Origin: Octopus bimaculoides
Taxonomy: Eukaryota
DNA: 64,000 nt
NCBI RefSeq assembly: GCF_001194135.2
Contig: NC_068998.1
Coordinates: 36,736,049 to 36,800,048, forward strand
Direction: 5' to 3'
The translations under genes and the position numbers were made by a program. The notes beneath the pieces are model-generated. The model had not been told where the DNA came from, ran no database searches, and worked only from the letters and a program-made list of their open reading frames with translations. Shown one piece after another: positions 13,168-26,915 of this stretch (position 1 is its first letter; every line of letters starts with the position of its first letter).

Positions 13168-15020
13168 AATAACAATATACGTATACTCATATTTTCAGTT
13201 CTATTTTTCCTGTTTCAACACACACATATATATACATACATACATACATACATACACACATATACACGCATACATATACACACATAATTAATAATCTCTC
13301 AAAACATTTTCGGATTACTATATAGAAATTTATACAGAATTCGAACGACTTCCATCTATACCGCTATGGATTAACTAATTCCTTTAATCACGGATAAAAT
13401 TTTTATGAACGATTTTCTTTCTTCTATATCTCTGAAGAATGGTTATGCAGTTTCAATATGATTATCATTTCGATTTACAGATAAATTACATAATCATGAA
13501 ACGAGTGTAAGAATTTTCATTACGTCTTCTTATTCTATATTGTACATTCCTATTCTAATCATTTACGTGGTAATACAATTCTATATGTCAATATACTTCT
13601 TATTACAAATATTCAAAATATACTTATTCCATTCTCTCTCTCTCTCTCTTATATATATATATATATATATNNNNNNNNNNNNNNNNNNNNNNNNNNNNNN
13701 NNNNNNNNNNNNNNNNNNNNNNNNNNNNNNNNNNNNNNNNNNNNNNNNNNNNNNNNNNNNNNNNNNNNNNNNNNNNNNNNNNNNNNNNNNNNNNNNNNNN
13801 NNNNNNNNNNNNNNNNNNNNNNNNNNNNNNNNNNNNNNNNNNNNNNNNNNNNNNNNNNNNNNNNNNNNNNNNNNNNNNNNNNNNNNNNNNNNNNNNNNNN
13901 NNNNNNNNNNNNNNNNNNNNNNNNNNNNNNNNNNNNNNNNNNNNNNNNNNNNNNNNNNNNNNNNNNNNNNNNNNNNNNNNNNNNNNNNNNNNNNNNNNNN
14001 NNNNNNNNNNNNNNNNNNNNNNNNNNNNNNNNNNNNNNNNNNNNNNNNNNNNNNNNNNNNNNNNNNNNNNNNNNNNNNNNNNNNNNNNNNNNNNNNNNNN
14101 NNNNNNNNNNNNNNNNNNNNNNNNNNNNNNNNNNNNNNNNNNNNNNNNNNNNNNNNNNNNNNNNNNNNNNNNNNNNNNNNNNNNNNNNNNNNNNNNNNNN
14201 NNNNNNNNNNNNNNNNNNNNNNNNNNNNNNNNNNNNNNNNNNNNNNNNNNNNNNNNNNNNNNNNNNNNNNNNNNNNNNNNNNNNNNNNNNNNNNNNNNNN
14301 NNNNNNNNNNNNNNNNNNNNNNNNNNNNNNNNNNNNNNNNNNNNNNNNNNNNNNNNNNNNNNNNNNNNNNNNNNNNNNNNNNNNNNNNNNNNNNNNNNNN
14401 NNNNNNNNNNNNNNNNNNNNNNNNNNNNNNNNNNNNNNNNNNNNNNNNNNNNNNNNNNNNNNNNNNNNNNNNNNNNNNNNNNNNNNNNNNNNNNNNNNNN
14501 NNNNNNNNNNNNNNNNNNNNNNNNNNNNNNNNNNNNNNNNNNNNNNNNNNNNNNNNNNNNNNNNNNNNNNNNNNNNNNNNNNNNNNNNNNNNNNNNNNNN
14601 NNNNNNNNNNNNNNNNNNNNNNNNNNNNNNNNNNNNNATATATATATGAGTATGTGTGTGTATGTATGCGTGTGTGCGTGCGCACATACACATTTATACA
14701 AACCCTCATAAATCTATGTTTGGACATTTTGGGAGATATTATTCATAGTCAGAGCTATCCAATGGCGTTGAATAAATCCAATATTAATATCAAAGAAGAC
14801 AAGTATATTATGGTTTACATCTATATATCGTAACTTTCTTTATAATATCTCTATAATAATGATCTGAATATTTCTGCAAGCAATAGATGTCTGTAAAGGT
14901 ATACTTGACAAAACACCATTGATATCAGATATCAAACCCACTGTTTTATGTAGCGAGCTGACAAAATGTGTCTGAAAGAGTTTCTCTTATTGTAGAAACG
15001 AGATATATTTGTTGTGATTC

Positions 15021-15428
15021 GGCTAGATTCATCAACGATGTATGTGTGTATTTCCTGTTTCGTTGGTGTCTAGCGTGTTTACCTATGAGAGGATGTGTGA
15101 CTTAGTATAAACAGTTTAGTAAGCTGTAGAGGAAATTTGGATCTCTAATCAAGTGACTGCGTACGTATGAATGTGTATGTATATAAGCTACAAGTTGGCC
15201 AAATGGAGAAGGCATTAACTCTCGGGGATGAATTGCAATTCCACAACTGGAGGAATTCCTCTGCTTCTGAATGTAAGGTTGTGCGATTGACAGGTTCAAA
15301 TACTTGCAGGTGATAGACAAAAGATTTCTAGAATCCGTTCCTTATTATATTTAAAGGATGATATAAAATTCAGAACGGAGTTTCTTGAGAAATTAGCTGT
15401 CACTTTTGCTTACTTCAACATTTTAATG

Positions 15429-15484
<56 letters not shown>

Positions 15485-15591
15485 NNNNNNNNNNNNNNNN
15501 NNNNNNNNNNNNNNNNNNNNNNNNNNNNNNNNNNNNNNNNNATGTAATACAAAGATTTCTTTCTTTCAGTCTCTGTATATCTCTGCTTCTC

Positions 15592-15659
<68 letters not shown>

Positions 15660-15954
15660 TTCTTCTTCTTCTTCTTCTTCTTCTTCTTCTTCTTCTTCTT
15701 CTTCTTCTTCTTCTTCTTCTTCTTCTTCTTCTTCTTCTTCTTCTTCTCTCTGTCTCTCTTTCTCACTCTATCAGTCTAGCTAGCTAGCTGGCTTGCTAGT
15801 TGGCTAGATTCATCAACGATGTATGTGTGTATTCCCTATTTCGTTGGTGTCTAATGTGTTTGCCTATGAGAGATTGTGAAACTTAGTATAAACAGTTTAG
15901 TAAGCTGCAGAGGAAATTTGGATCTCTAATCGAGTGACTGCGTACTTATGAATG
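15021..15954 (+). repeat. 153-bp direct repeat, two copies (15021-15173, 15802-15954), about 90% identical
   Basis: Both begin ggctagattcatcaacgatgtatgtgtgtatt and run through cttagtataaacagtttagtaagctg.agaggaaatttggatctctaatc.agtgactgcgtac.tatgaatg. Confidence 0.9.
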
Positions 15955-16562
15955 CGGTCTGTCTGTCTTTCTGCCTGTCTGTCTACCTGTTTGTTTGATA
16001 ACTCTTTTCACCCCGCTCCTCACACTACCTAACAGATATTTCAGCCTAAATGATCTCTGGTAATATTGCTATTTGTCTCACGCCAACTCTGATAGACCAC
16101 ACCTATGATGTTAGACATTCCAATTGTGACCATTACGGCTTGTCAGAAGCATCAGTTTATACTTCACCTTTTTGTACAATGTAGTTCTAGACCAAATTTT
16201 CTGAAAATCTAGAAAGATCACGCCTGGAATGTCCTGAATAATATGTCTTCTTGATCAAGGATTAACTGGACTAAACAACGTCTGTCTTAATAAATTGGTT
16301 ACTTCTATGTGTGAGCGTGTTTGTGTGTGTGTGTGTGTGTGCTTGTGTGTGTGTGTGTGCTTGTGTGTGTGAGTGTGAGTGAGTGTGTGTGTGTGTGTAT
16401 GTGTGTGTGCGTGCGAGTGTGCGTGTGTATGTAAGTGTGTGCGCGCGGGTAAGACTTTTAATTTTGCATTCTGAAAATGCTTTCATCTTTCAACACAGAC
16501 TCACACATACACACACATACGCACACGCACACACACACACACACACAAACACACTAACATAA

Positions 16563-16700
16563 GGGAGCTTCTTTTATTTTCCGACACTACCAAGTTTACT
16601 CACAAGGCTTTGGTCGGCCCGAGGTTATAGCAGAAGACAATCGCCCGTGGTGCCACACAGTGGGACTGAACCCAAAACCATGAGATTCGGAAGCAATGCC
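16563..16700 (-). mobile_element. SINE family B/C, head part
   Basis: ctcacaaggctttggtcggcccgaggttatagcagaagaca...gtgccacacagtgggactgaaccc. Confidence 0.85.
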
Positions 16701-16877
16701 TGCGTCTATAAATATGCTCCGAGCTCCCCAGGATTGTCTCAGTAGATCCTTAATTTACAAAATCTCAAAAAATTTTTGGAATTCAGAATGTAGGTTGTTA
16801 ACCTCGTTCTTTTACGCTTCAGCCAACCTCACCAGTTTAATTATATATTTATCAAAGACAACTAGTTGGGAGAATCA

Positions 16878-17070
16878 TTAACACGCTGGACAAAATGCTG
16901 AGCTGCATTTCGTCCATCTTCACGTTCTGAGTTCAAATTCCACCGCGATCGACTTTTCCTTTCAACCTTTTGGGGTCGATAAAATAAGTAGCAGCTGAGT
17001 GCTGGAGTCAATGTAACTGACTTAACCGCTACTTCGAAATAACTGGCCTTGTGCCAAAATATGAAACCAA
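16878..17070 (+). mobile_element. SINE family A
   Basis: acacgctggacaaaatgc...gttctgagttcaaattcc...ggggtcgataaaataagta...ggccttgtgccaaaat. Confidence 0.85.
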
Positions 17071-17423
17071 TAATAAATCTGTCGTAGCTTTAAGTATTTG
17101 TTTTTATGTGTCTTTTATTTGTATATATTTTACTTGAATGTTATACACTTTGCGAACAATAATGTCGATAGTTATGTGCTTTTCAACAGACCAGTCACTG
17201 GTTTATAGGATTCCCGGATGGGCAACAGAAACAAAAGATGTTTATGTAACTCGAGCGGAGTAAACATCGGGAGATAATATTATCGACAGATTTCTCGCCA
17301 ATGAATACACCTTTTTTCAATATGCACACATATATGTGCGAACCTGCGCACACATACATACACAGTACATACAAATACACATAGATTTTCAAATGAATTC
17401 CGATGTGTATCAAGAAACAAATG

Positions 17424-17466
<43 letters not shown>

Positions 17467-17575
17467 CTACCTACCTATCTCTCTATTCCTCTCTCTCTCT
17501 CTCTGTATGTATGTATGTATGTATGTATGTATCTATCTATCTATCTATCTATACACGAGAACATTACTGTGTGAT

Positions 17576-17735
17576 ACACGATCCCTATTGATCGGCCTTT
17601 CCTTTTCTTTTTTTTTCGATCCCTTTTGATCGAACTGCCCNNNNNNNNNNCTCCCAAAAAGAAAAGCTCTACATTGTATTTGTCCCATCTTCGTTGAGCC
17701 CTGTGTGGCTAATAAAAGAAATGTATCTATCTATC
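17576..17735 (+). mobile_element. Second copy of the SINE tail variant seen at 3965-4170
   Basis: Near-identical 85-bp block plus repeated cgatcccttttgatcg motifs; interrupted by a 10-N gap. Confidence 0.7.
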
Positions 17736-17763
17736 TATTCCTACCTCTCTCTCTCTCTCTCGC

Positions 17764-17826
<63 letters not shown>

Positions 17827-18019
17827 GTCTGTCTGTCTATTTATCTATCTATTTATCTTCATATATATGTATTTTTCTGAAGTTATTTTAAGGATTTATT
17901 TAAGTCTTCATTTTTCAGACTACAAACCAGCCACTAACAGAATGGCATGGTTCTTTTGTTTACATCAAGGCAGCCCCTGAGGTTTGTGGTTAACTGAACT
18001 GGCTAATGTACGTGTGTGT

Positions 18020-18065
<46 letters not shown>

Positions 18066-18609
18066 GCGTGAGTGTCTGTGTGTTATTCATATGTGTGTGT
18101 CCGAATGAATAAACTTGAACTCATATGTACGTATGTATGTTTGTATTTATGTATGTATGCATGTATGTATGTATGTAGCTATGTATGCATGCATGTATGT
18201 ATGTACACATGTATGTACACATGTATGTATGTATGCATGTATGTATGTATGTATGTATGTATGCATGTATGTATGCGTGTATGTATGCATGCGTGGGTGT
18301 ATGTTATGATCCAGTTTCTTTCAAGATTTCTTGCCTATAGAACCAAGCCTCATTGGTTTTTCTACAACATCAACATCAACAAAATATTTGTACATTTCTG
18401 AGTGTATGCGTGCATGCGTGCAGTATTTGAAGTCAGTGTATGTACGGATTTGTATGTTTCGTTGTGTGTTTTCGTATGCATACAGTTGCATGTCTAAACA
18501 TACATCCTTGTGTGTATGTATGTATCTATGGATATATTTATGTATGTTTGTTTGCAGATACAATGCAAATTGCCACATTGTTCAAGAAATAGAGTCTGGA
18601 ATAGCTTTT

Positions 18610-18799
18610 GTATGTAACACGTACATACAAATTCGAAACACCAATGTTCACCAGATTTCATTGAGCGAACATCTAGAGACATGTAGGTCAGAAAATGTTC
18701 TTAAGTTTTCCTTTCCACAAACTAAATGACACAAGTGAGATTAGAAGAAAGATAAAGGAAAAACGGTTTATTAAAGTGTTCAAACCTATTCTGAACTGA
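18610..18799 (+). mobile_element. Penelope-like element, GIY-YIG C-terminal remnant
   Basis: YIQIRNTNVHQISLSEHLETC, then frameshifted EIRRKIKEKRFIKVFKPILN*. Matches the PLE ending ..QIR....LSEH..C...R..KE..FI..F.P.LN*. Confidence 0.7.
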
Positions 18800-19830
18800 A
18801 ATAACAGCAATAATATAACAACCAGTTAATGATGTGGATTAAAAAATATCTCTAGCATATAAATATAAACAAATTCCAGAATATCGGTACGCCTGGCAAA
18901 TCGTGATGTCTAAACTGCATGCGGATTGGTCAAAGCTGTATTTTAAAAATTCAGCTTGTTGGTGCGCACTAGGAGGTACTAAAGTTGTCAAGAACTCAAC
19001 TGTCAGTTAAACATATTTGAAATCTGCTAATTACTCTATGTATGAAAGCACTATTTTAACTTTATGAGCATTACAAAATGTACTTTTTTAATGTTAAAAT
19101 ACCATAATAAAAAACGTGGTAACCAGACCNNNNNNNNNNNNNNNNNNNNNNNNNNNNNNNNNNNNNNNNNNNNNNNNNNNNNNNNNNNNNNNNNNNNNNN
19201 NNNNNNNNNNNNNNNNNNNNNNNNNNNNNNNNNNNNNNNNNNNNNNNNNNNNNNNNNNNNNNNNNNNNNNNNNNNNNNNNNNNNNNNNNNNNNNNNNNNN
19301 NNNNNNNNNNNNNNNNNNNNNNNNNNNNNNNNNNNNNNNNNNNNNNNNNNNNNNNNNNNNNNNNNNNNNNNNNNNNNNNNNNNNNNNNNNNNNNNNNNNN
19401 NNNNNNNNNNNNNNNNNNNNNNNNNNNNNNNNNNNNNNNNNNNNNNNNNNNNNNNNNNNNNNNNNNNNNNNNNNNNNNNNNNNNNNNNNNNNNNNNNNNN
19501 NNNNNNNNNNNNNNNNNNNNNNNNNNNNNNNNNNNNNNNNNNNNNNNNNNNNNNNNNNNNNNNNNNNNNNNNNNNNNNNNNNNNNNNNNNNNNNNNNNNN
19601 NNNNNNNNNNNNNNNNNNNNNNNNNNNNNNNNNNNNNNNNNNNNNNNNNNNNNNNNNNNNNNNNNNNNNNNNNNNNNNNNNNNNNNNNNNNNNNNNNNNN
19701 NNNNNNNNNNNNNNNNNNNNNNNNNNNNNNNNNNNNNNNNNNNNNNNNNNNNNNNNNNNNNNNNNNNNNNNNNNNNNNNNNNNNNNNNNNNNNNNNNNNN
19801 NNNNNNNNNNNNNNNNNNNNNNNNNNNNNN

Positions 19831-19919
19831 CCGATTCTACACCCATGCTACCACTGCTGCTGCCCCCCTCCTCCTCCTCCTCCTCCTCCTCCTCATCATC
19901 ATCATCATCATCATCATCA

Positions 19920-19967
<48 letters not shown>

Positions 19968-20065
19968 AACGACTACAACAGACTCCACCACAACAGCTAC
20001 CACTACAACTATTACCTCCACCACCACTACCACCACCGCTATCACATCTACCATTACTAATGAGG

Positions 20066-20132
<67 letters not shown>

Positions 20133-21119
20133 ACGAGCCACTTTGCGGTAACTACTTCTGTAATTATTACCAAAGGCACCAGCATTCGTTATCATTGTCC
20201 TGTACCAGCATCTTCACCGCTCTTGTTATCATGAGCTCCATTAACAATATCACCACCGCCACTACCAACACCACCATCACCACAATCACAACCACCGCAA
20301 AGCACTCCACACTACAACGACGACTACAACCACCACCACAACTACAACCACCACAATAGGAACTACTATTAACACCAACACCATCATAACCACCAGCACC
20401 ACCACCAACAACAACAACACTACCACCACCACCACTGCCACCATCACCATCACCACCGCCACTACCACTACCACCACCACCACCACCACTACAATCACCA
20501 CCACCATAACAAAAAACACCACTACCACAACAACCATCACTATTACCACCACCACTGCTGCCACCGCCGTCACCACCATCACCACTCTCACCAATAGCAA
20601 CCCCACTACTATCACTTACCCTCTCTCTTACCACAGCTTGCCACAAGCATCACCACTACTACCGTCACCAACCGCACTTCCACGGTTACACTCAACCCTT
20701 TTAACTGCACAAGCCCAGCCACTAAAGCAGCACTACCACCAGCACTACTACTACCAGCTCTACCATCGAAGGTAGAGGTAACCGCACCTCCACCACTTGC
20801 TCTAACTACCACCAGCCACACCACCATCACTACATCCACCACCACTACATCCACCACCACTACATCCACCACCATCACATTCACCACCAGCCACACCACC
20901 ACCGCTACATCCATCACCACTACATCCACCACCACTACAACCACCAGCTGCATTCTCAGGGCCAATGCATCACACCCAATAGAACAAGCCCCACCACCAT
21001 AGAAGTACCACCACCATAGAAGTACCACCACCATTCCTACTACCGCTAGCTCTAGTAACAACAGCGGAGGTAACACCACCACCACTACAACCACTACCGC
21101 CACCACAACCGCCACCACC
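19831..21119. repeat. Long degenerate (CAC/CTA/ACC)n trinucleotide low-complexity tract, including about 5 copies of a 15-bp unit ACCACTACATCCACC
   Basis: Visible directly; bounded by gaps on both sides. Confidence 0.9.
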
Positions 21120-21632
21120 NNNNNNNNNNNNNNNNNNNNNNNNNNNNNNNNNNNNNNNNNNNNNNNNNNNNNNNNNNNNNNNNNNNNNNNNNNNNNNNNN
21201 NNNNNNNNNNNNNNNNNNNNNNNNNNNNNNNNNNNNNNNNNNNNNNNNNACGACAACCAAATGTAAAATGTATTCCTGCAACCCGTCCTTGTTTACTCTT
21301 TGGATCCACCAAAGATAACGCAGATACCAAACAATTTAAGTGAATTCACGTCCTCGCTCTCTAACACTTGTACGCACACATACATAAATACACAAACGCA
21401 CACAGTTATTGAATCACTCTCACACACACACACACACACATACACACACACACTCCCTCACATTTCACAAACTATGTTGCAGTTTTTTTTTGTTTTTTGT
21501 TTTTTGTTTTTAATTCCTTTTTCCACCCTAAAAGCTGATCAGAAATTTTTCTTCAAAAATTTCTTGTGACATAAAATACCATCAACACGGCACAGCCAGG
21601 AAACTGACTCATAGGAAAACACCTAACACACC

Positions 21633-21679
<47 letters not shown>

Positions 21680-22325
21680 CACACACACACACACTCACAC
21701 ATGTGCCCATGTATACATATGTATTGGTACGCGCGCACAGATATAGACTGCCACCCTAACATAGTTCCAGAAATAGTTCTGGAATCTGTCCCCTTCGCAC
21801 CAGAGAAAAATATTTTTATAAACTGATCAAAAATTATGATTGTTCAGCAGAAGAGTGAGGTCATGTGACGTTGTAGGCACCAGAATAAATATAATTTGTT
21901 TTAAAGAAACTGATCCGAAATGTAATCTGGTTAAATGTCTGATGATGTAATAACAGCGGAAATAGCAGCAGAAGTACTGTGGAATTTCAACTCGATCCGT
22001 ATACATTGTGACTTGTGATTTCTCTGTGGAACTTAAATGAGAACTGTTCTATGGTTTCATCGTAATACCATACACGACGCCAAAGACTTTTGAACTAAGT
22101 TGATGTGCATAGCTCTCTAAATAATCAAATTTTGTTCTGCAAAGGCTTAACTCTTTCCGTGCGAGGGATTAATCTCTTTCCTTACTCGGTCTAAAAGCTT
22201 GGCAGTTGCTACACAAAGTTATTTCTTGGCAATGACCTTAGCTACTGCTCTAAAAGGGTTTAACTTCAATACTACAAAACATCAAATCTTGCTCTATAAC
22301 GACGTGATACACAAAAATGCTTACC

Positions 22326-23040
22326 TTCGTTAGCACGGCGGGCGAAATGCTTAGGAGTATTTTGTCCGTCTTTGTGTTCTGAGTTCAAATTCCGTCGAGG
22401 TCGACTTTGCCTTTCATCTTTTCGGGGTTGATAAATTAAGTACCAGTGAAACACTGGGGTCGATGTAATCGACTAATCCCCTTCCCCAAAATTTTCAGGG
22501 CCTTGTGCCTAGAGTAGAAATAATTATTTTAGATAAACCTGAAGGCGGTGAACTGGCAGAATTATTAACAACGTCATTGAAAAATGTCTTACGATATTTA
22601 TTCCGGCTGTTTGCATTCTGAGTTCAAACACTGTCGAGGTCAACTTTGTCTTTAACCCTTTCGGGTTTGATAAAATAAATACCAGTTGGACATTGGAAGC
22701 CATGAAATCGAATAGCTCCCGCCCTTGTCCCTACAAAATGACGAATTTCAGGCCTTGGCACTATAGTAGAATGAATCATGTCAAACCTAAAATTATGAAA
22801 GACAAAATGCAACATCAGCATTGTTGCTGAGGTCGAATTTGCCTTTAGTTTTTTGGGGGTTTGATAAATATAAGTAACAGTTGAGCACTAGAGTCAATGA
22901 AATCGAATAGTTCCTACCCTTACTTTCCCCTCAAAGAAAATAAAAATTAAAAAATGACAAGAATTTCAACCTTATGCTTAAAGGAGGATGAATTATGTCA
23001 AGACTAAACGTATGGAAGACTAAAAGCAACATCAGCAGTA
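22326..23040 (+). mobile_element. Cluster of three same-orientation family A SINE copies
   Basis: Heads or bodies begin at about 22326, 22541 and 22826, each with gaggtcga.tttg.cttt...gataaa.taagta..cagt. Confidence 0.85.
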
Positions 23041-23924
23041 TTCGAATTCAGAACATAATTTATTTCCCCCATTATTAAACAACGCAAGATAGATTACCCT
23101 TACTCATTATCAGTCAGAGAGAAGGATTACGTCATTTTCATCTTAATTGGAAACAAATAAACGTCTCCATATGATTAAAAAATAAAATAAGATAACAAGA
23201 AAAAAATAGAAGAAAGAATTAAGCAGCAAAAAAAAAAAAATAATAATAATAATAATAATTAAGACACAACAAAATAAATGACTAAAACAGGTTGGTGGCA
23301 ATTGAAATTAATTTTCTAATTAAATTCTGGTGTGATTTAAACGTAATTTCCCATAAAACAATCGATGTTTTATGGTTTGGTTTGAACCTGAAACTACATC
23401 AAGTAATGCAACAGCGTTTGATATTTGTTGAAAACTGAAGAATTGCCAACTAATTATCGATTATTCCAGAATATTTTAGTGAGAAACAGATACTAAATAT
23501 ATAAAATAATAAAAGAAAAGATATGATGAAAATAAATAAATACTAATAAATTGGTATTTTGGTTGCATTAAAATAATTAAATTATTTCCAACGATGGAAA
23601 TAATAATATCAGTTAAGTAACACACATACACGCACATACATGCTCAAACACTGTAACACACACGTACATACACATGCACACATAAACAAATACATACATA
23701 CCCTTACACACATACCCTTACACAAACTCACACACACAAACACATTCAAGTAAACTTGTAATAAAAACACCGAAATATAGAGGAAGGAGTGGGAGATAAC
23801 AAGTCTCCCCCATCACCCCACAAAAACACATACACACACACATACACACACGCACACACATACGCACACACACAAAACAAACGCCTAGCAACAGCGACGA
23901 CTAAAATAACAGTTGTAACAGCAG

Positions 23925-23928
23925 CAAC

Positions 23929-23988
<60 letters not shown>

Positions 23989-24035
23989 CGCAGCAGTAGT
24001 AGCAGCAGTAGTAGTTGTAGTAGTTGTAGTAGTAA

Positions 24036-24068
<33 letters not shown>

Positions 24069-24156
24069 AGAATTTGTAGTATTAGTAGTAACAGCAGCAG
24101 CAGTAGTAGTAGCAGTAGTATAGTAGTAGTAGTAGTAGTAGTAGAGGTAGTAGTAC

Positions 24157-24217
<61 letters not shown>

Positions 24218-24264
24218 CGCAGCAGTAGTAGCAGCAGTAGTAGTTGTAGTAGTTGTAGTAGTAA

Positions 24265-24297
<33 letters not shown>

Positions 24298-24464
24298 AGA
24301 ATTTGTAGTATTAGTAGTAACAGCAGCAGCAGTAGTAGTAGCAGTAGTATAGTAGTAGTAGTAGTAGTAGTAGAGGTAGTAGTACTAGTAGTAGTAGTAG
24401 TAGTAGTAGTAGAATTTAGTAGTATTAGTAGTAGTAGAGATTTTAGTGGTATTAGTAGCAACAC

Positions 24465-24503
<39 letters not shown>

Positions 24504-24770
24504 TAGTGTTGTTGTTGGTGGTGGTGGTGGTGGCAGCGGTGGCGGTGACGATGCCCTTGGTACTAAGTGACAGTAGTAGCAATAGTAGAATCAGCGGCAT
24601 TGGAGGCGATGATGGTAACCATAGATAATGGCTGCGGTGGTGGTCGTGGTGGTGGTGGTGGTAACGTTGGTGGTGATTTTGGTAAAGCGAGTAGTAATAG
24701 TAGTAGTAGTAGGAGGAGGAGATTATGGGCTGGTGGTGGAGTCGACAACGCAGACCAGACACCACAACAA
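23925..24770. repeat. Degenerate (AGT/GCA/GGT)n tract with a 229-bp internal duplication
   Basis: Marker motifs gtcgcagc at 23987 and 24216 and gagaatttg at 24068 and 24297 are both 229 bp apart. Confidence 0.9.
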
Positions 24771-25282
24771 CCTCAATATCATCAACGAAGATAAGAAGGA
24801 GGAAGGAAGAGAAGGAGGTGAAAGAAGGAATGGATAATTTGAAGAATTACCAAACAAAAAAAAGAAAAAGAAAACAGGAACAACAACAACAACAACAACA
24901 ACAACAATAAACACAATAGTTTGAATAGCAAAGCGAAGAAATATCAAATTGCAGAAAAACCGAAGATCGAGGAATTTAATATCAAGAAAAAAAAACGAAA
25001 AAAAAAAAATTAAAATGATGATAATAATAATAATAATCGTTTCTTTATTGGCCACAAGGGTCGAACACAGCAACAAAGGGGGACAGTTCAAAACAAGGGA
25101 CAAGTGAGGCTTAACACAAAATCGAGTAAATAATAAAATAATAATAATGAAGAAGAAAATTCTAACAAATAAATTTCTTAATAAGGGGAAGTACCACCCA
25201 GGGCCAACGAAGGCACCCCACACATCCTGGTCTGCACCTCAGGCAGGCACCCGTTTTCCTTCAACCACTACGAATCCTTTCT

Positions 25283-25450
25283 CGTGTAGGCATAAGGCCT
25301 TACATTTTTATGGGAAGGGACCTCAGTGTTTTACTGGTACTTAATTTATCGACCACGAAAGAATTAAAGGTAAAGTCGACAACGGTGGTGTATGAATTCA
25401 GAGCGTAATGTTGGATGATATGCCGCTAAGCATTTAAACCGGCATGCCAG
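25283..25450 (-). mobile_element. SINE family A
   Basis: ggcataaggcc...actggtacttaatttatcgacc...aaggtaaagtcgac...aattcagagcgtaa...ccgctaagcatt. Confidence 0.75.
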
Positions 25451-25784
25451 AGAGCTTGGTCGTGCTAGTGTGCGTGTGTGCATGTGTACCTGTGTAGTAG
25501 GTGTGCGCTTATGGGTACTGAATATGTTTGAGTGACTGTGGTTGGTTCGCACATTTGGAGACATACATGTGTGTGTGTGTATTTGTGGGTGTGTGTTTGT
25601 GTGTGTGCGTTTGTGTGTGTATGTTTGTGTATGTGTGTGTGCGTGCGTGTTACGTGTTTATGAGTTTGTTGTCTATGTATAAAAGTACATATGCCTATAC
25701 GTGTGTTATTATCTATCTATCTATCTATCTATCTATTTATCTTTCTATCTATCTATCTATCCGTATATATGTCTGTGTGTGTGT

Positions 25785-25985
25785 ATCTTTTACTTGTTTC
25801 AGTTCTTTCAGTCATTTGACTGCGGCCATGCTGGAGCACCTCCTTGAAAAATTTTAGTCGAACGAATCGACTCCAGTTTCATTTTTTTTTTTTTCTTTCA
25901 AGACTATTACTTATTCTATCGGGCGCTTTTATCAAACAGATATGTTACGGGAACTTAAACACAACAACATCAGTTACTAGGCGAT
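25785..25985 (-). mobile_element. SINE family B/C, 3' body
   Basis: gtcatttgactgcggccatgctggagcacc...ttagtcgaacgaatcgac...acttattctatcgg. Confidence 0.8.
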
Positions 25986-26704
25986 GATGAAGGAGAAATA
26001 CAGACGCAAACACACACACACACAGATATATATATATATGAAAAGACAACACGAAACCGGTTATTTCTCAAAATACAATGTTTATNNNNNNNNNNNNNNN
26101 NNNNNNNNNNNNNNNNNNNNNNNNNNNNNNNNNNNNNNNNNNNNNNNNNNNNNNNNNNNNNNNNNNNNNNNNNNNNNNNNNNNNNNNNNNNNNNNNNNNN
26201 NNNNNNNNNNNNNNNNNNNNNNNNNNNNNNNNNNNNNNNNNNNNNNNNNNNNNNNNNNNNNNNNNNNNNNNNNNNNNNNNNNNNNNNNNNNNNNNNNNNN
26301 NNNNNNNNNNNNNNNNNNNNNNNNNNNNNNNNNNNNNNNNNNNNNNNNNNNNNNNNNNNNNNNNNNNNNNNNNNNNNNNNNNNNNNNNNNNNNNNNNNNN
26401 NNNNNNNNNNNNNNNNNNNNNTATATATATATATATATATAAGTTCAAACACACACACATAGTTACACACACACACGCACACACATACACGCGCGTGCAT
26501 GCATACATACGCACACACAAACATAAATGTACCTCAGAACATATTTACCTAACGGAGAGTATATACAACCATGATGAACTCAAATGTACTATAGTCTGAT
26601 GATAGCTTAGGTGGCCGAAACCTCTAAGTGACTGTCAACACAATTCCTGTTAATGAATACTCAACCAAAAATGTTGAGGAAAACAAATAATATACGGACA
26701 CACA

Positions 26705-26915
26705 AGGGCGGCGAGCTTGCAGATTAGTTACCGCGCTGGGTCAAATGCTTAGCAGCATTTTGTCCGTCTTTATGGTCTGATTTTAAATTCCACACAGGTC
26801 GACTTAGCCTTTCATCCTACAGTGGTTAACGAAATAAGTACCAGCTGAGCGTTGGGGGTCGATGTAGTCGACTTTCCCTCCGAAATTACTGGCCTTGTGC
26901 CAAAATTTGGAACCG
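26705..26915 (+). mobile_element. SINE family A
   Basis: ggcggcgagcttgcaga...aggtcgacttagcctttcatcc...ggggtcgatgtagtcgac...ggccttgtgccaaaattt. Confidence 0.85.

Noticed and set aside
15180-15420. Minus-strand peptide faintly like a GPCR TM7/helix 8 (NSVLNFISSFKYNKERILEIFC)
   Set aside because: No upstream transmembrane segments in the right order; similarity too weak.
20167-21256. Gly-rich and Val-rich minus-strand ORFs
   Set aside because: Antisense readings of the degenerate (CAC/ACC)n tract; no non-repetitive domain.
23987-24445. 229-bp exact duplication inside the (AGT)n tract as a higher-order satellite
   Set aside because: Near-perfect identity within a simple repeat is as well explained by mis-assembly; needs long reads.
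26596-26636. CTGATGA...CCGAAAC hammerhead-like core
   Set aside because: Stem II does not pair and stem I is absent; at most a badly decayed remnant.
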